Origin: Eledone cirrhosa | Taxonomy: Eukaryota | Assembly: GCA_964016885.1 (NCBI GenBank) | Contig: OZ024746.1 | Location: 100,936,001-101,000,000 of the forward strand | Direction of reading: 5' to 3' | Length of the DNA stretch: 64,000 bases | Notes under the pieces: model-generated | Told to the model about the DNA's origin: nothing | The model's input: only the letters and a program-made list of their open reading frames with translations | Databases searched by the model: none | Shown here: positions 1 through 13,144 of the stretch, piece after piece | How the letters are laid out: every line of letters begins with the position of its first letter | How positions within the stretch are numbered: position 1 is the stretch's first letter | Translations under genes and position numbers: made by a program

Positions 1-1770
1 TACCACACTCTTACCACCAGGTCCCCATCTTACCTCTTACCATACCACACTGTTACCACCAGGTCCCCATCTTACCTCTTACCATACCACACTCTTACCA
101 CCAGGTCCCCTTCTTACCTCTTACCATACCACACTGTTACCACCAGGTCCCCTTCTTACCTCTTACCATACCACACTGTTACCACCAGGTCCCCATCTTA
201 CCTCTTACCATACCACACTCTTACCACCAGGTCCCCTTCTTACCTCTTACCATACCACACTCTTACCACCAGGTCCCCTTCTTACCTCTTACCATACCAC
301 ACTCTTACCACCAGGTCCCCTTCTTACCTCTTACCATACCACACTCTTACCACCAGGTCCCCTTCTTACCTCTTACCATACCACACTCTTACCACCAGGT
401 CCCCTTCTTACCTCTTACCATACCACACTCTTACCACCAGATCCCCTTCTTACCTCTTACCATACCACACTCTTACCACCAGATCCCCTTCTTACCTCTT
501 ACCATACCACACTCTTACCACCAGGTCCCCTTCTTACCTCTTACCATACCACACTCTTACCACCAGGTCCCCTTCTTACCTCTTACCATACCACACTCTT
601 ACCACCAGGTCCCCTTCTTACCTCTTACCATACCACACTCTTACCACCAGGTCCCCTTCTTACCTCTTACCATACCACACTCTTACCACCAGGTCCCCTT
701 CTTACCTCTTACCATACCACACTCTTACCACCAGATCCCCTTCTTACCTCTTACCATACCACACTCTTACCACCAGATCCCCTTCTTACCTCTTACCATA
801 CCACACTCTTACCACCAGGTCCCCTTCTTACCTCTTACCATACCACACTCTTACCACCAGGTCCCCTTCTTACCTCTTACCATACCACACTCTTACCACC
901 AGGTCCCCTTCTTACCTCTTACCATACCACACTCTTACCACCAGGTCCCCTTCTTACCTCTTACCATACCACACTCTTACCACCAGGTCCCCTTCTTACC
1001 TCTTACCATACCACACTCTTACCACCAGGTCCCCTTCTTACCTCTTACCATACCACACTGTTACCACCAGGTCCTCTTCTTACCTCTTACCATACCACAC
1101 TGTTACCACCAGGTCCTCTTCTTACCTCTTACCATACCACACTGTTACCACCAGGTCCCCATCTTACCTCTTACCATACCACACTGTTACGACCAGATCC
1201 CCTTCTTACCTCTTACCATACCACACTCTTACCACCAGGTCCCCTTCTTACCTCTTACCATACCACACTGTTACCACCAGGTCCCCTTCTTACCTCTTAC
1301 CATACCACACTGTTACCACCAGGTCCTCTTCTTACCTCTTACCATACCACACTGTTACCACCAGGTCCCCATCTTACCTCTTACCATACCACACTCTTAC
1401 CACCAGGTCCCCTTCTTACCTCTTACCATACCACACTCTTACCACCAGGTCCCCTTCTTACCTCTTACCATACCACACTGTTACCACCAGGTCCCCATCT
1501 TACCTCTTACCATACCACACTGTTACCACCAGGTCCCCATCTTACCTCTTACCATACCACACTCTTACCACCAGGTCCCCTTCTTACCTCTTACCATACC
1601 ACACTCTTACCACCAGGTCCCCTTCTTACCTCTTACCATACCACACTGTTACCACCAGGTCCCCATCTTACCATACCACACTCTTACCACCAGGTCCCCT
1701 TCTTACCTCTTACCATACCACACTCTTACCACCAGGTCCCCTTCTTACCATACCACACTATTACCACCAG
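1..1770. repeat. Minisatellite, 42-bp unit TACCACACTCTTACCACCAGGTCCCCTTCTTACCTCTTACCA, about 42 copies, continues off the window start
   Basis: Direct tandem periodicity of 42 bp with a few variant positions (ctc/ctg, ctt/cat, gg/ga). Confidence 0.98.
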
Positions 1771-2361
1771 GGTGGTCACTGGTTCAGTTGTGGTCAGGGT
1801 GGCCCTGGTTGAGTTGTGGTCAGGGTGGCCCTGGTTGAGTTGTGGTCAGTATGGCCCTGGTTGAGTTGTGGTCAGGGTGGCCCTGGTTGAGTTGTGGTCA
1901 GGGTGGCCCTGGTTGAGTTGTGGTCAGGGTGGCCCTGGTTGAGTTGTGGTCAGTATGGCCCTGGTTGAGTTGTGGTCAGGGTGGCCCTGGTTGAGTTGTG
2001 GTCAGGGTGGCCCTGGTTGAGTTGTGGTCAAGGTGGCCCTGGTTCAGTTGTGGTCAGGGTGGCCCTGGTTCAGTTGTGGTCAGGGTGGCCCTGGTTGAGT
2101 TGTGGTCAGTATGGCCCTGGTTGAGTTGTGGTCAGGGTGGCTCTGGTTGAGTTGTGGTCAAGGTGGCCCTGGTTCAGTTGTGGTCAGGGTGGCCCTGGTT
2201 GAGTTGTGGTCAGGGTGGCCCTGGTTGAGTTGTGGTCAGTATGGCCCTGGTTCAGTTGTGGTCAAGGTGGTCACTGGTTCAGTTGTGGTCAGGGTGGCCC
2301 TGGTTGAGTTGTGGTCAGTATGGCCCTGGTTCAGTTGTGGTCAGGGTGGTCACTGGTTCAG
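1771..2361. repeat. Minisatellite, 26-bp unit GGGTGGCCCTGGTTGAGTTGTGGTCA, about 22 copies
   Basis: Direct tandem periodicity; abuts the 42-bp array with no spacer. It accounts for ORF 2102-2428. Confidence 0.97.
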
Positions 2362-3001
2362 TTTGTCCAGTCTGTCCCTTGTAATCAATCCCCTGATCCC
2401 TGTCAACTGGAATAAATTATCTTCTTAAAAAAAACATGTCATAGGGACCAAACCAACTGCCATCACTATCTGAAATGCAATAAAGGCCCTCATTTCTGAA
2501 GCTGTTGAGCCATTTCTGATCAAGGCCTGTAATTTCAACGTATTTGTTTGTTTCAATTGCCAATAAATCAAACAAATCTTTATTAAATACTAGCAGAAAA
2601 ACCACCCTCGGGTGATATTCTGCTAGCATGTGTAGTGTGTATATTGATATTATACGCAAGTATATATGCATGTAGATATGATACGTAATTGACAATATGC
2701 ACAAAAATTGAAGAGAGACTGTATTACACTGTCTTCTGTAATCAGTAAAGTAATCCATGATCATTAAAAAAAAGATATATATATAAAGTGCATTAGGAGA
2801 AAATTAGCGACAGAAATATAAACCTTATATAATGATGCAAATATATGAATGTTTATATAAATGATGTAATAAGTGTTATGATGTAATGGACACTAACCAG
2901 AAGTGTTGACATTTGAACATTTTAGCAGTGAATCTTGAAATAAGCAATAAAATTATTTATCATAAATCAAGTGTTATGAAATTTAGTAGATAAATTATAT
3001 A

Positions 3002-3105
3002 ATTGTTTCTACTTTTGGCACAAGGCCAGCAATTATCCCAGTGCATTACTGGTACTTTATTTTATCGACCCTGTAAGGATGAAAGGCAAAGTTAACCTCA
3101 GCGGG
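3002..3105 (-). mobile_element. 5'-truncated tRNA-derived SINE (family A)
   Basis: Reverse complement of the 3' half of the SINE at 3123-3289; flanked by a TTATATAAT duplication. Confidence 0.85.
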
Positions 3106-3122
3106 TTATATAATATTCATTC

Positions 3123-3289
3123 TGGCAGTATCGGACACCATGCTTTGAAGCATAGAGTTACGTCCCTTTATGATCTGAGTTCAAATCCCGCCGAGGTTAA
3201 CTTTGCCTTTCATCCTTACGGGGTCGATAAAATAAAGTACCAGTAATGTACTGGTAATTGCTGGTCTTGTGCCTAAAATAGAAACAATT
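3123..3289 (+). mobile_element. tRNA-derived SINE (family A)
   Basis: TGGCAGTATCGG head, B-box-like GAGTTCAAATCCC, and a body shared with 8 other copies in the window. Confidence 0.88.
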
Positions 3290-3300
3290 ATTTATTCAAA

Positions 3301-3488
3301 GGGTGGGGAATTGGCAGTATCAGTAGAGGGTTGGATGCCATGCTTTCTAACATAGTTACGTCCCTTTACGGTCTGAGTTCAAATCCCACCGAGGTTAACT
3401 TTGCCTTTCATCCTTACGGGGTCAATAAAATAAAGTACCAGTAATGCACTGGGTAATTGCTGGCCTTGTGCCAAAAGTAGAAACAATT
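3301..3488 (+). mobile_element. tRNA-derived SINE (family A), full length
   Basis: Full head and body; flanked by a duplicated AATTATTTATTCAAAG (TSD). Confidence 0.9.
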
Positions 3489-4264
3489 ATTTATTCAAAG
3501 TAATCCAACTTATTTTACAAATGGGATAAAAAATATATTGAGGACACAGTCCTGCACTCCTCCCTTTATTATATTATGATTTGAAAGAAAAAATCTAGTT
3601 CTTCTCAGCATCCAAAATATTTACTGGTCCGGGGTTTCCTCTGTATCAACATCGACTTCAGAAAATTGATCATTCCATTCGAAGATGGGTTCGCTATCAT
3701 CTTGATTTTCATGTGAATTCATCGATATACCATCATCAGAGTCAGATTCTGACATTAAATTGTCTCGTAAATTCTGTTCATTTTCAATAAAAGAATTGTT
3801 TTTTTGTTTCAGTGAAATCTTCGAAAAAAGTTGTTTTCACTTTCTAACACCATATTTGTTGATATAATTGATTGAGATTAAAACCTCTCTCTCTCTCTCT
3901 CTCTCTCTCCCTCTCTCAAACACAGTAATTAATTGCAACCTTACCTTATATTAAAAAAATATTTATAAAACACTTTCTGATTGGAAAACTAAAACTAGTT
4001 TCCTAATTCATTTAACCATTGAGTATTTTACGTGAGAAAGGACAGCAGCATATATAATATCTAAAGTTGTGATTTCAACTACCAATGTGAAATTTAAACA
4101 AACGACTCACCATGTGCTTTGACTTTCATTGACATTTTAATGTCATGACTATACTCATAATTAGAGGGCAATGGCTTAAATTCTATGTACTTGATCTTTG
4201 AAGCTATTTCTGAACTTTTAGTAAATTTATATATTTTCATTATTTTATGCTCTATATTTTGCAG

Positions 4265-4344
4265 GCAACGCACTTGATACTGGTGGAGAAATTCAAGAGG
4301 ACATTTCTGACAGTGTGTGGAAACTTCAAGAAAGAATTTTTAAG
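4265..4344 (+). CDS. TCTN2: Tectonic gene internal exon 1 in window ((G)NALDTGGEIQEDISDSVWKLQERIFK)
   Basis: Pyrimidine-rich tract plus TTGCAG acceptor; AAG/GTTAGA donor; open frame ending in phase 0, matching the next exon. No family motif, so the assignment rests on splice signals and phase. Confidence 0.65.
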
Positions 4345-4929
4345 GTTAGAGGTTATATTTACAATATCAATTTAACATTAATAGTGGAACACCTATGACG
4401 TACTTTCTTAACCCTAACCTTTCACATCATACTTATCATCTGTTTTACTCCCCTCACTCTTTAAACATGTTTCACTTGACAGAGGTCATCTCCCACCCTA
4501 AAGGGTAGAGAGGCTTCTTCAGTTGAATAAATGACTGACAACCTCTCTAGTGTTACTGCCACAAAAGATTCACCTAGTATGCTCTAAAGTAGGAAGAGCA
4601 TCCAGCCATATAAAACTTACAAACAAAAGGTTGAGTGGGCTCTTCAGTTGCATCAGGCATGACAAAAAAACCCTAGTGCTGGTGCCACAGTAAAATGCAC
4701 TCAGTGCACTCTTGCATAGAAATATGTGTATAAGAGATTCTGTCTGAGAGGTTACTGACTCATGCAGTCCTTGCTAGCAGAGAAAGTGGACATTAAATGA
4801 TGATGATTTCCATATATCTTTTTATTGGCAACATAACCCTTCCAAACTATAACAATATCTGTTTCAACACATCACAAAAACAATCTTGCAAAACAAATAC
4901 AAAAGCAAAGTGTGTATATGGGCGTTATA

Positions 4930-5660
4930 TCATCATCATCGTTTAACGTCCATCTTCCGCGCTAGCATGGGTTGGACAGGTTTGTCCCACTTGAGGCAAG
5001 ATTGGTCGGATCACCGTGTCTCGCTTGTACAGAACTGTCTCTGATAGGTTTTCAATGGCCGGATGCCCTTCCTAACACCAACCACCCTTACAGTGTGGAC
5101 TGGGAGCCTTTTTACCGTGTCTCCTACACGACCACTTTACAGTGTGGACTGGGTGCTTTTTGTTGTGTCACCAACACGACCACTTTACAGTAGACGGAAG
5201 TGGGAGGATGGAGTAGGGGATGTGGGGTGGGGTGTATATTGGCTCCAGGGGGATTACTTTATAGAGGAGGTTGAAAACTTGGGAAATTGGGGACATAGGT
5301 ATAGGGGAGGTTTATGAGAGGGGAGATGGTAGGGAATGGTGTTGCCTACTAGATATATGCCTCAGCCTGAGAATAATAGAGGACGGGTCTTCTGTAATAT
5401 TTCATAGCCCCAAAGGTCACAGTCCTGTGTCATCGCCTTAGTGAGGTGTAATTGAATAAAGTCAGCTCTTATTACCTCATCCCAAGTCTTCCTAGGCCTA
5501 CCTACTCCATGGATACCATCAACTTTGAGCGCTCTGCAACTTTTTATACAGCTGTCATCCTTCATACGCATTATATGTCCATTCCAACGCAATCTCCTCA
5601 CCTGCAACATCTGATCCCTCTTATGCCTGATTTCTTGCACAGTTCATTTAAACTTTGCTG
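4930..5660 (-). mobile_element. 5'-truncated RTE LINE (ORF C-terminus, 3'UTR and (GAT)n tail)
   Basis: RRLRWNGHIMRMKDD...GRPRKTWDEVI peptide; 3'UTR matches other copies; CATCATCATC tail at about 4930. Confidence 0.9.
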
Positions 5661-6109
5661 CATATGTTGCTATTGTGTAGTGTAAGAGAGGTATGAAGTC
5701 ATCTCCGATATGTTTATAAACATATCACAGTCTTGCTATGACTGTTTTAACCAGCATGTCAGTTATCTCAGTGATAAAAATAAATGTAAGCAAAGTCATT
5801 TATGTATTATTTTCAGCACTTTTCCTTCATTAGTATTAAATCAATGGAATCTTGCAGAGATCATGTTGAAATAAGATACTAAACTGTATATATAATTTAT
5901 TGTTGTTTACCTCCTAGTACCAATAACAAAAGAATTGGTTTTTATTTTATTAAATTTATTTCTTTTCCTTTAAATACTTTTTAAAATGTATGGTCAGTTA
6001 CTAGTGTATAAATAAAATCATTAAAGAAAATTGACTGAAACAAATGCAAGTATTTTATATTGAAATTGCACCAGAATTTATCGTTAAGGCCAATACAATA
6101 ACTACTAAT

Positions 6110-6390
6110 GGGCTAGTGTTGGTGATTTACACAATAAACTCACCTAGTACACTCTGTAAAGTGGTTGGTGATAGGAAGGGCATCCGGTCTTAGGAAACTT
6201 GTCAAACAAAGAGTCAGGAAGACTCTTCTATTGTGCCAAAGACATGACTACCTCCCTAGTGTTGGTGGCATGATAAAATACATTCAGTTGAGCACGGGAT
6301 CATATGTTGAGGCCCCCAGCCCACCTGACTGGTCAGTGAAAACATGTCCAGCTCTTGCAGGAAAAACAAACTTTAAACAATGATGATGCT
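6110..6390 (+). mobile_element. Degenerate RTE-3'UTR/SINE tail fragment
   Basis: CACTCTGTAAAGTGGTTGGTGATAGGAAGGGCATCC motif, ending in TGATGATG. Confidence 0.65.
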
Positions 6391-6516
6391 GAATTATATG
6401 AGGTAACCACATCTTTTCTTATTCTTAAAAACTCTTAAACTCTTTTTGCCTTAAGAAACAATTACACTTCAATATGAAAAGAAATTCTCATTGGCCATCT
6501 TTGTTTTTCACCTTAG

Positions 6517-6697
6517 ATCAATAATGGACCATTTTATAAAGCATTGCAATTAAAAAGAACAAATATTGTTAAAGTTGATACAAAAGAAACAGTGAAAATT
6601 AACTGCTTTGTGACGTCAATGCCAAATATCAGTGCCACGTTTAGTGCAGCTGTGTCTTTAAAACCTTTTGTTGAGTATAATATATCAAGTATCAACT
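6517..6697 (+). CDS. TCTN2: Tectonic gene exon (INNGPFYKALQLKR...VEYNISSIN)
   Basis: TTTTTCACCTTAG acceptor, GTAAGT donor, open frame, phase 0 in and phase 1 out, consistent with neighbours. Confidence 0.8.
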
Positions 6698-6804
6698 GTA
6701 AGTATTTATTTTTGATATTCTCAAAAACTCCACACTTATTTCTTGACTTTGTATGATGCATTGTTGTACCATGATACTAAATTACAAATATTTAATCAAT
6801 CAAA

Positions 6805-7150
6805 TAAATGGGAGGTAGGTGTAAAAGCCAAACTCACTATCTTCGATTCAGTATTTGTACCAACCCTTACTTATAGTCATGAATGTTGGGTAATGACTGA
6901 AAGAATACGATTGTGAATATAACCAGCTGAAATGGGGTTCCTCCAAAGGGTCCTTGGAATAACATTACTCGATAGAGTGTGTAGCTTGGAGATTAGATTG
7001 TTGCTCCTGATTGAGAGATCACAGCTCTGATATTATGGGCATGTGCATAAAATGTCTCAGGAAGAATCGCTGGACAGATTTTATGAGCAAAAGCAACTGG
7101 CAGGAGACCCAGCAGTGGACCCCAAGCAAAATGGTTAGACAACATCCATG
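6805..7150 (+). mobile_element. Degenerate non-LTR retrotransposon RT C-terminal fragment
   Basis: Homologous to the minus-strand fragment at 53480-54150 (REVGVKAKL.IF.SVF.P..TY.HE.WV.TER). Confidence 0.75.
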
Positions 7151-7314
7151 AGTTTGACTGATCTCTTTTGGGTAACCAACATGATCAGTTGGAGGCGATT
7201 GTTTCAGGCTGTCTAGCTTCATTAGTTACCTTTGCTTAAGCTTCAGGAGTTTCAACCGATTTAAAATATTCATTTTTATTCAATTGTTAACAATATTTAA
7301 TATAAGAGAATCAG

Positions 7315-10300
7315 TGGTATATATGACATGTGACCAATGGGATATAAGACATCACCAATGGTATATATGACATGTGACCAATGGTATATAAGACATCACC
7401 AATGGTATATAAGACATGACCAATGGTATATAAGACATCACCAATGGTATATAAGACATCACCAATGGTATATATGACATGTGACCAATGGTATATACGA
7501 CATCACCAATGGTATATATGACATCACCAAGGTATATATGACATGACCAGTCGTATATAAGACATGACCAATGGTATATATGACACCACAATGGTATATA
7601 AGACATCACCAATGGTATATGAGACATCACCAATGGTATATAAGACATCACCAATGGTATATATGTCATCACCAATGGTATATATGACATCACCAATGGT
7701 ATATAAGACATCACCAATGGTATATATGACATGACCAATGGTATATATGACATGACCAATGGTATATAGGACATCACCAATGGTATATATGACATCACCA
7801 ATGGTATATATGACATCACCAATGGTATATAAGACATCACCAATGGTATATAAGATATCACTAATGGTATATAAGACATCACCAATGGTATATAAGATAT
7901 CACTAATGGTATATAAGACATCACCAATGGTATATATGACATCACCAATGGTATATAAGACATCACCAATGGTATATATGACATGACCAATGGTATATAT
8001 GACATGACCAATGGTATATAGGACATCACCAATGGTATATATGACATCACCAATGGTATATATGACATCACCAATGGTATATAAGACATCACCAATGGTA
8101 TATAAGATATCACTAATGGTATATAAGACATCACCAATGGTATATAAGATATCACTAATGGTATATAAGACATCACCAATGGTATATAAGACATCACCAA
8201 TGGTATATAAGATATCACTAATGGTATATATGACATCACCAATGGTATATATGACATCACCAATGGTATATAAGACATCACCAATGGTATATATGACATC
8301 ACCAATGGTATATAAGACATCACCAATGGTATATAAGATATCACTAATGGTATATATGACATCACCAATGGTATATATGACATCACCAATGGTATATATT
8401 ACATCACCAATGGTATATATGACATCACCAATGGTATATAAGATATCACTAATGGTATGTATGATATCACCAATGGTATATATGACATCACCAATGGTAT
8501 ATATGACATCACCAATGGTATATATGACATCACCAATGGTATATAAGATATCACTAATGGTATATATGATATCACCAATGGTATATATGACATCACCAAT
8601 GGTATATATGACATCAATGGTATATACGACATCAATGGTATATACGACATCACCAATGGTAAATATATGACATCACCAATGGTATATATGACATCACCAA
8701 TGGTATATATGACATGACCAATGGTATATAAGACATCACCAATGGTATATATGACATGACCAATGGTATATAAGACATCACCAATGGTATATAAGACATC
8801 ACCAATGGTATATATGACATCACCAATGGTATATAAGACATCACCAATGGTATATAAGACATCACCAATGGTATATAAGACATCACCAATGGTATATAGG
8901 ACATCACCAATAGTATATATGACATCACCAATGGTATATAGGACATCACCAATGGTATATATGACATGACCAATGGTATATATGGCATCACCAATGGTAT
9001 ATAAGACATCACCAATGGTATATAAGACATAACCAATGGTATATAAGACATCACCAATGGTATATAAGACATCACCAATGGTATATATGACATCACCAAT
9101 GGTATATATGACATGTGACCAATGGTATATACGACATCACCAATGGTATATATGACATCACCAAGGTATATATGACATGACCAGTCGTATATAAGACATG
9201 ACCAATGGTATATATGACACCACAATGGTATATAAGACATCACCAATGGTATATGAGACATCACCAATGGTATATAAGACATCACCAATGGTATATATGT
9301 CATCACCAATGGTATATATGACATCACCAATGGTATATAAGACATCACCAATGGTATATATGACATGACCAATGGTATATATGACATCACCAATGGTATA
9401 TATGACATCACCAATGGTATATATGACATCACCAAAGGTATATAAGACATCACCAATGGTATATAAGATATCATTAATGGTATATAAGACATCACCAATG
9501 GTATATAAGATATCACTAATGGTATATATGATATCACCAATGGTATATATGACATCACCAATGGTATATATGACATCACCAATGGTATATATGACATCAC
9601 CAATGGTATATAAGATATCACTAATGGTATGTATGACATCACCAATGGTATATATGACATCACCAATGGTATATATGACATCACCAATGGTATATATGAC
9701 ATCACCAATGGTATATAAGATATCACTAATGGTATATATGATATCACCAATGGTATATATGACATCACCAATGGTATATATGACATCACCAATGGTATAT
9801 AAGATATCACTAATGGTATATATGATATCACCAATGGTATATACGACATCACCAATGGTAAATATATGACATCACCAATGGTATATATGACATCACCAAT
9901 GGTATATAAGACATCACCAATGGTATATATGACATCACCAATGGTATATAAGACATCACCAATGGTATATAAGACATCACCAATGGTATATAAGACATCA
10001 CCAATGGTATATAGGACATCAACAATAGTATATATGACATCACCAATTGTATATAGGACATCACCAATGGTATATATGGCATGACCAATGGTATATAAGA
10101 CATCACCAATGGTATATAAGACATCACCAATGGTATATATGACATGACCAATGGTATATATGACACCACAATGGTATATATGATATCACCAATGGTATAT
10201 AAGACATGACCAATGGTATATAAGACATCTCCAATGGTATATATGACATCACCAATGGTATATATGACATCACTAATGGTATATATGACATCACCAATGG

Positions 10301-12236
10301 TATATATGATATCACCAATGGTATATACGACATCACCAATGGTATATACGACATCACCAATGGTATATAAGACATCACCAATGGTATATAAGACATCACC
10401 AATGGTATATAAGACATCACCAATGGTATATAAGACATCACCAATGGTATATATGACATCACCAATGGTATATATGACATCACCAATGGTATATATGACA
10501 TCACCAATGGTATATATGGCATCACCAATGGTATATATGGCATCACCAATGGTATATAAGACATCACCAATGGTATATATGACATGACCAATGGTATATA
10601 TGGCATCACCAATGGTATATAAGACATCACCAATGGTATATAAGACATCACCAATGGTATATAAGACATGGTATATAAGACATGACAAATGAGGTCGTGT
10701 CACAACAAAAAAACACACAGTCCACGCTGTAATGTGGCCGTGTAGGTAACACGGTAAAAACCTCCCAGTCCACACTGTAAACGTGGTTGGTGTTAGGAAG
10801 GGCATCCAGCCGTAGAAGACTCGCTAGACAGTCCTATACAAGCAAGACAACCACTCTTGCCTCAAGTGGGAAAACTCCCGTCCAAACCCATGCAAGCGTG
10901 GAATATGGACGTTAAACGATGATGATTATGATGACATCACCAATGGTATATATGACATCACCAATGGTATATATGGCATCACCAATGGTATATATGACAT
11001 CACCAATGGTATATATGACATCACCAATGGTATATATGGCATCACCAATGGTATATATGACATCACCAATGGTATATATGACATCACCAATGGTATATAT
11101 GGCATCACCAATGGTATATATGACATCACCAATGGTATATATGACATCACCAATGGTATATATGACATCACCAATGGTATATAAGACATCACCAATGGTA
11201 TATATGACATCACCAATGGTATATATGACATCACCAATGGTATATACGACATCACCAATGGTATATATGACATGACCAATGGTATATAAGACATCACCAA
11301 TGGTATATAAGACATCACCAATGGTATATACGACATCACCAATGGTATATATATGACATCACCAATGGTATATATGACATCACCAATGGTATATACGACA
11401 TCACCAATGGTATATATGACATCACGAATGGTATGTAAGACATGACCAGGGTATATATGACATCACCAATGGTATATATGACATCACCAATGGTATATAC
11501 AACATCACCAATGGTATATATGACATCACCAATGGTATATATGACATCACCAATGGTGTATATATGACATCACCAATGGTATATATATGACATCACCAGT
11601 GGTATTTATGACATCACTAATGGTATATATGATATCACCAATGGTATATATGACATCACTAATGGTATATATGATATCACCAATGGTATATAAGACATCA
11701 CTAATGGTATATATGATATCACCAATGGTATATATGAGATGACCAATGGTATATATGACATGACCAATGGTATACATGACATGACCAATGGTATACATGG
11801 CATCACCTATGGTATATGACATCACCAATGGTATATATGACATCACCAATGGTATATAAGACATGACCAATGGTATATATGACATCACCAATGGTATATA
11901 AGATATCACTAATGGTATATAAGACATCACCAATGGTATATATGACATCACCAATGGTATATAAGATATCACTAATGGTATATATGATATCACCAATGGT
12001 ATATATGACATCACCAATGGTATATATGACATCACCAATGGTATATAAGATATCACTAATGGTATATAAGACATCACCAATGGTATATATGACATCACCA
12101 ATGGTATAGAAGATATCACTAATGGTATATATGATATCACCAATGGTATATATGACATCACCAATGGTATATATGACATCACCAATGGTATTTAAGAGAT
12201 GACCGATGGTATTTAAGACATGACCAATGGTATTTA
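7315..12236. repeat. Minisatellite, 21-bp unit GACATCACCAATGGTATATAT, about 220 copies, interrupted by a retroposon
   Basis: Direct periodicity; accounts for all the VMSYIPL and MTSPMVY ORFs. Confidence 0.98.
10686..10932 (+). mobile_element. RTE LINE 3' end inserted into the 21-bp array
   Basis: Matches the 3'UTR at 41690-41935; ends GGACGTTAAACGATGATGA. Confidence 0.9.
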
Positions 12237-12474
12237 ATATAATAACATGGCACACTAGTTAAAGAAGTATTATTTTTTTCAAAAGACAAATTAGTCAATT
12301 CTTATGCAATCAATTTGATTATTAAGAAAATTTTATTTAAAGCCATTATCATACAATAATTGGAAGGAGATTTGGAAGTAATTCTTTTTAATTTTACTAT
12401 ATTTTGAAATAAAGACTTTAAGAGTACGCAACATAATTTACATATTTTTAAATTTGTTAAATTTTACTTTTTAG

Positions 12475-12587
12475 TAAATCTAGAAAGAGGTGTGTCAAAG
12501 ATGATTAACCCAACAAGTAAGAACTTTGCACCATGCCCTTGTGATTTGAAAGCTATGATGTGTGACATTGATTGTTGCTGTGATTCT
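12475..12587 (+). CDS. TCTN2: Tectonic gene exon with the Cys-rich motif PCPCDLKAMMCDIDCCCDS
   Basis: TTTTTAG acceptor, GTAAGT donor; CxCDLx4CDx2CCCDxDC is the tectonic (DUF1619) N-terminal signature, completed by the next exon. Confidence 0.95.
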
Positions 12588-12844
12588 GTAAGTTATTTTC
12601 ATTTAAAAGCTGTCAAGTTTGCAATGAAATACATGTTTTAATTTAAAATATAATGTTTTAAATTAGCTGAATCACAGCTTTTAAATGTCAATGGCACCAA
12701 ACATATATGTATACATAACCAGCCTCTCGGACCTTTACGAAGCACTGAGGGGATAAGGTTAATATATATAGTAGTGTGCTCATTACATGGTGATTCTATA
12801 AAATAGCATTCTAATGTTGTTTTTCTTTTTTTTATTTTATAAAG

Positions 12845-13077
12845 GATTGCAAAGAATTACAGGAATTTAACCTTAATCAGTGTATTTTCAAAGAAAATAT
12901 ATGGAAAATGTCTTCAGATCATATGTGTAATGCAGAAAATTCCTCTGGTCTAAATATATTGTTCTGTGTTGTTAGTAAAGAAAATGTTTACCTTGGAATA
13001 TACTACAATGACAAAACATCTATTTCTACTCCCACATCTTTCACAGAAATATGGTCTGAAAGCCGTTATTCTTACAC
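12845..13077 (+). CDS. TCTN2: Tectonic gene exon (DCKELQEF...LFCVVSKENVYLGIYY...SRYSY)
   Basis: Poly-T plus AAAG acceptor, GTATGC donor, phase 0 to phase 2; LFCV...N..LG.YY motif. Confidence 0.92.
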
Positions 13078-13144
13078 GTATGCCTTCATTTTCACAAATT
13101 ATTTTTTATGTAATTTTAATATTTATATTTTACATCCCCTAAAA

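Larger units (their letters stand above)
2590..3579 (-). mobile_element. Non-autonomous Helitron (family copy 1) containing three SINE insertions
   Basis: Minus strand starts TC at 3579 after an A and ends CTAG at 2590 before a T, with a subterminal inverted repeat and no TSD. A homologous copy lies at 29195-29670. Confidence 0.8.
2362..3800 (-). pseudogene. Decayed piggyBac-like transposase N-terminal region, split by a Helitron insertion
   Basis: Minus strand reads an acidic stretch MSESDSDDGIS...EWNDQFSEVDV, then (frameshift) PGPVNILDAEK. After removing 2590-3579 the frame joins as LDFFFQ-I-FNKDLFDLLAIETNKY, resembling the piggyBac 'F..F....L...I..ETN.YA' block. Frameshifts and stops are present. 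Confidence 0.65.

Noticed and set aside
7352-12255. VMSYIPL, MTSPMVY and IGDVIYT ORFs
   Set aside because: Translations of the 21-bp minisatellite on both strands, with frequent frameshifts.
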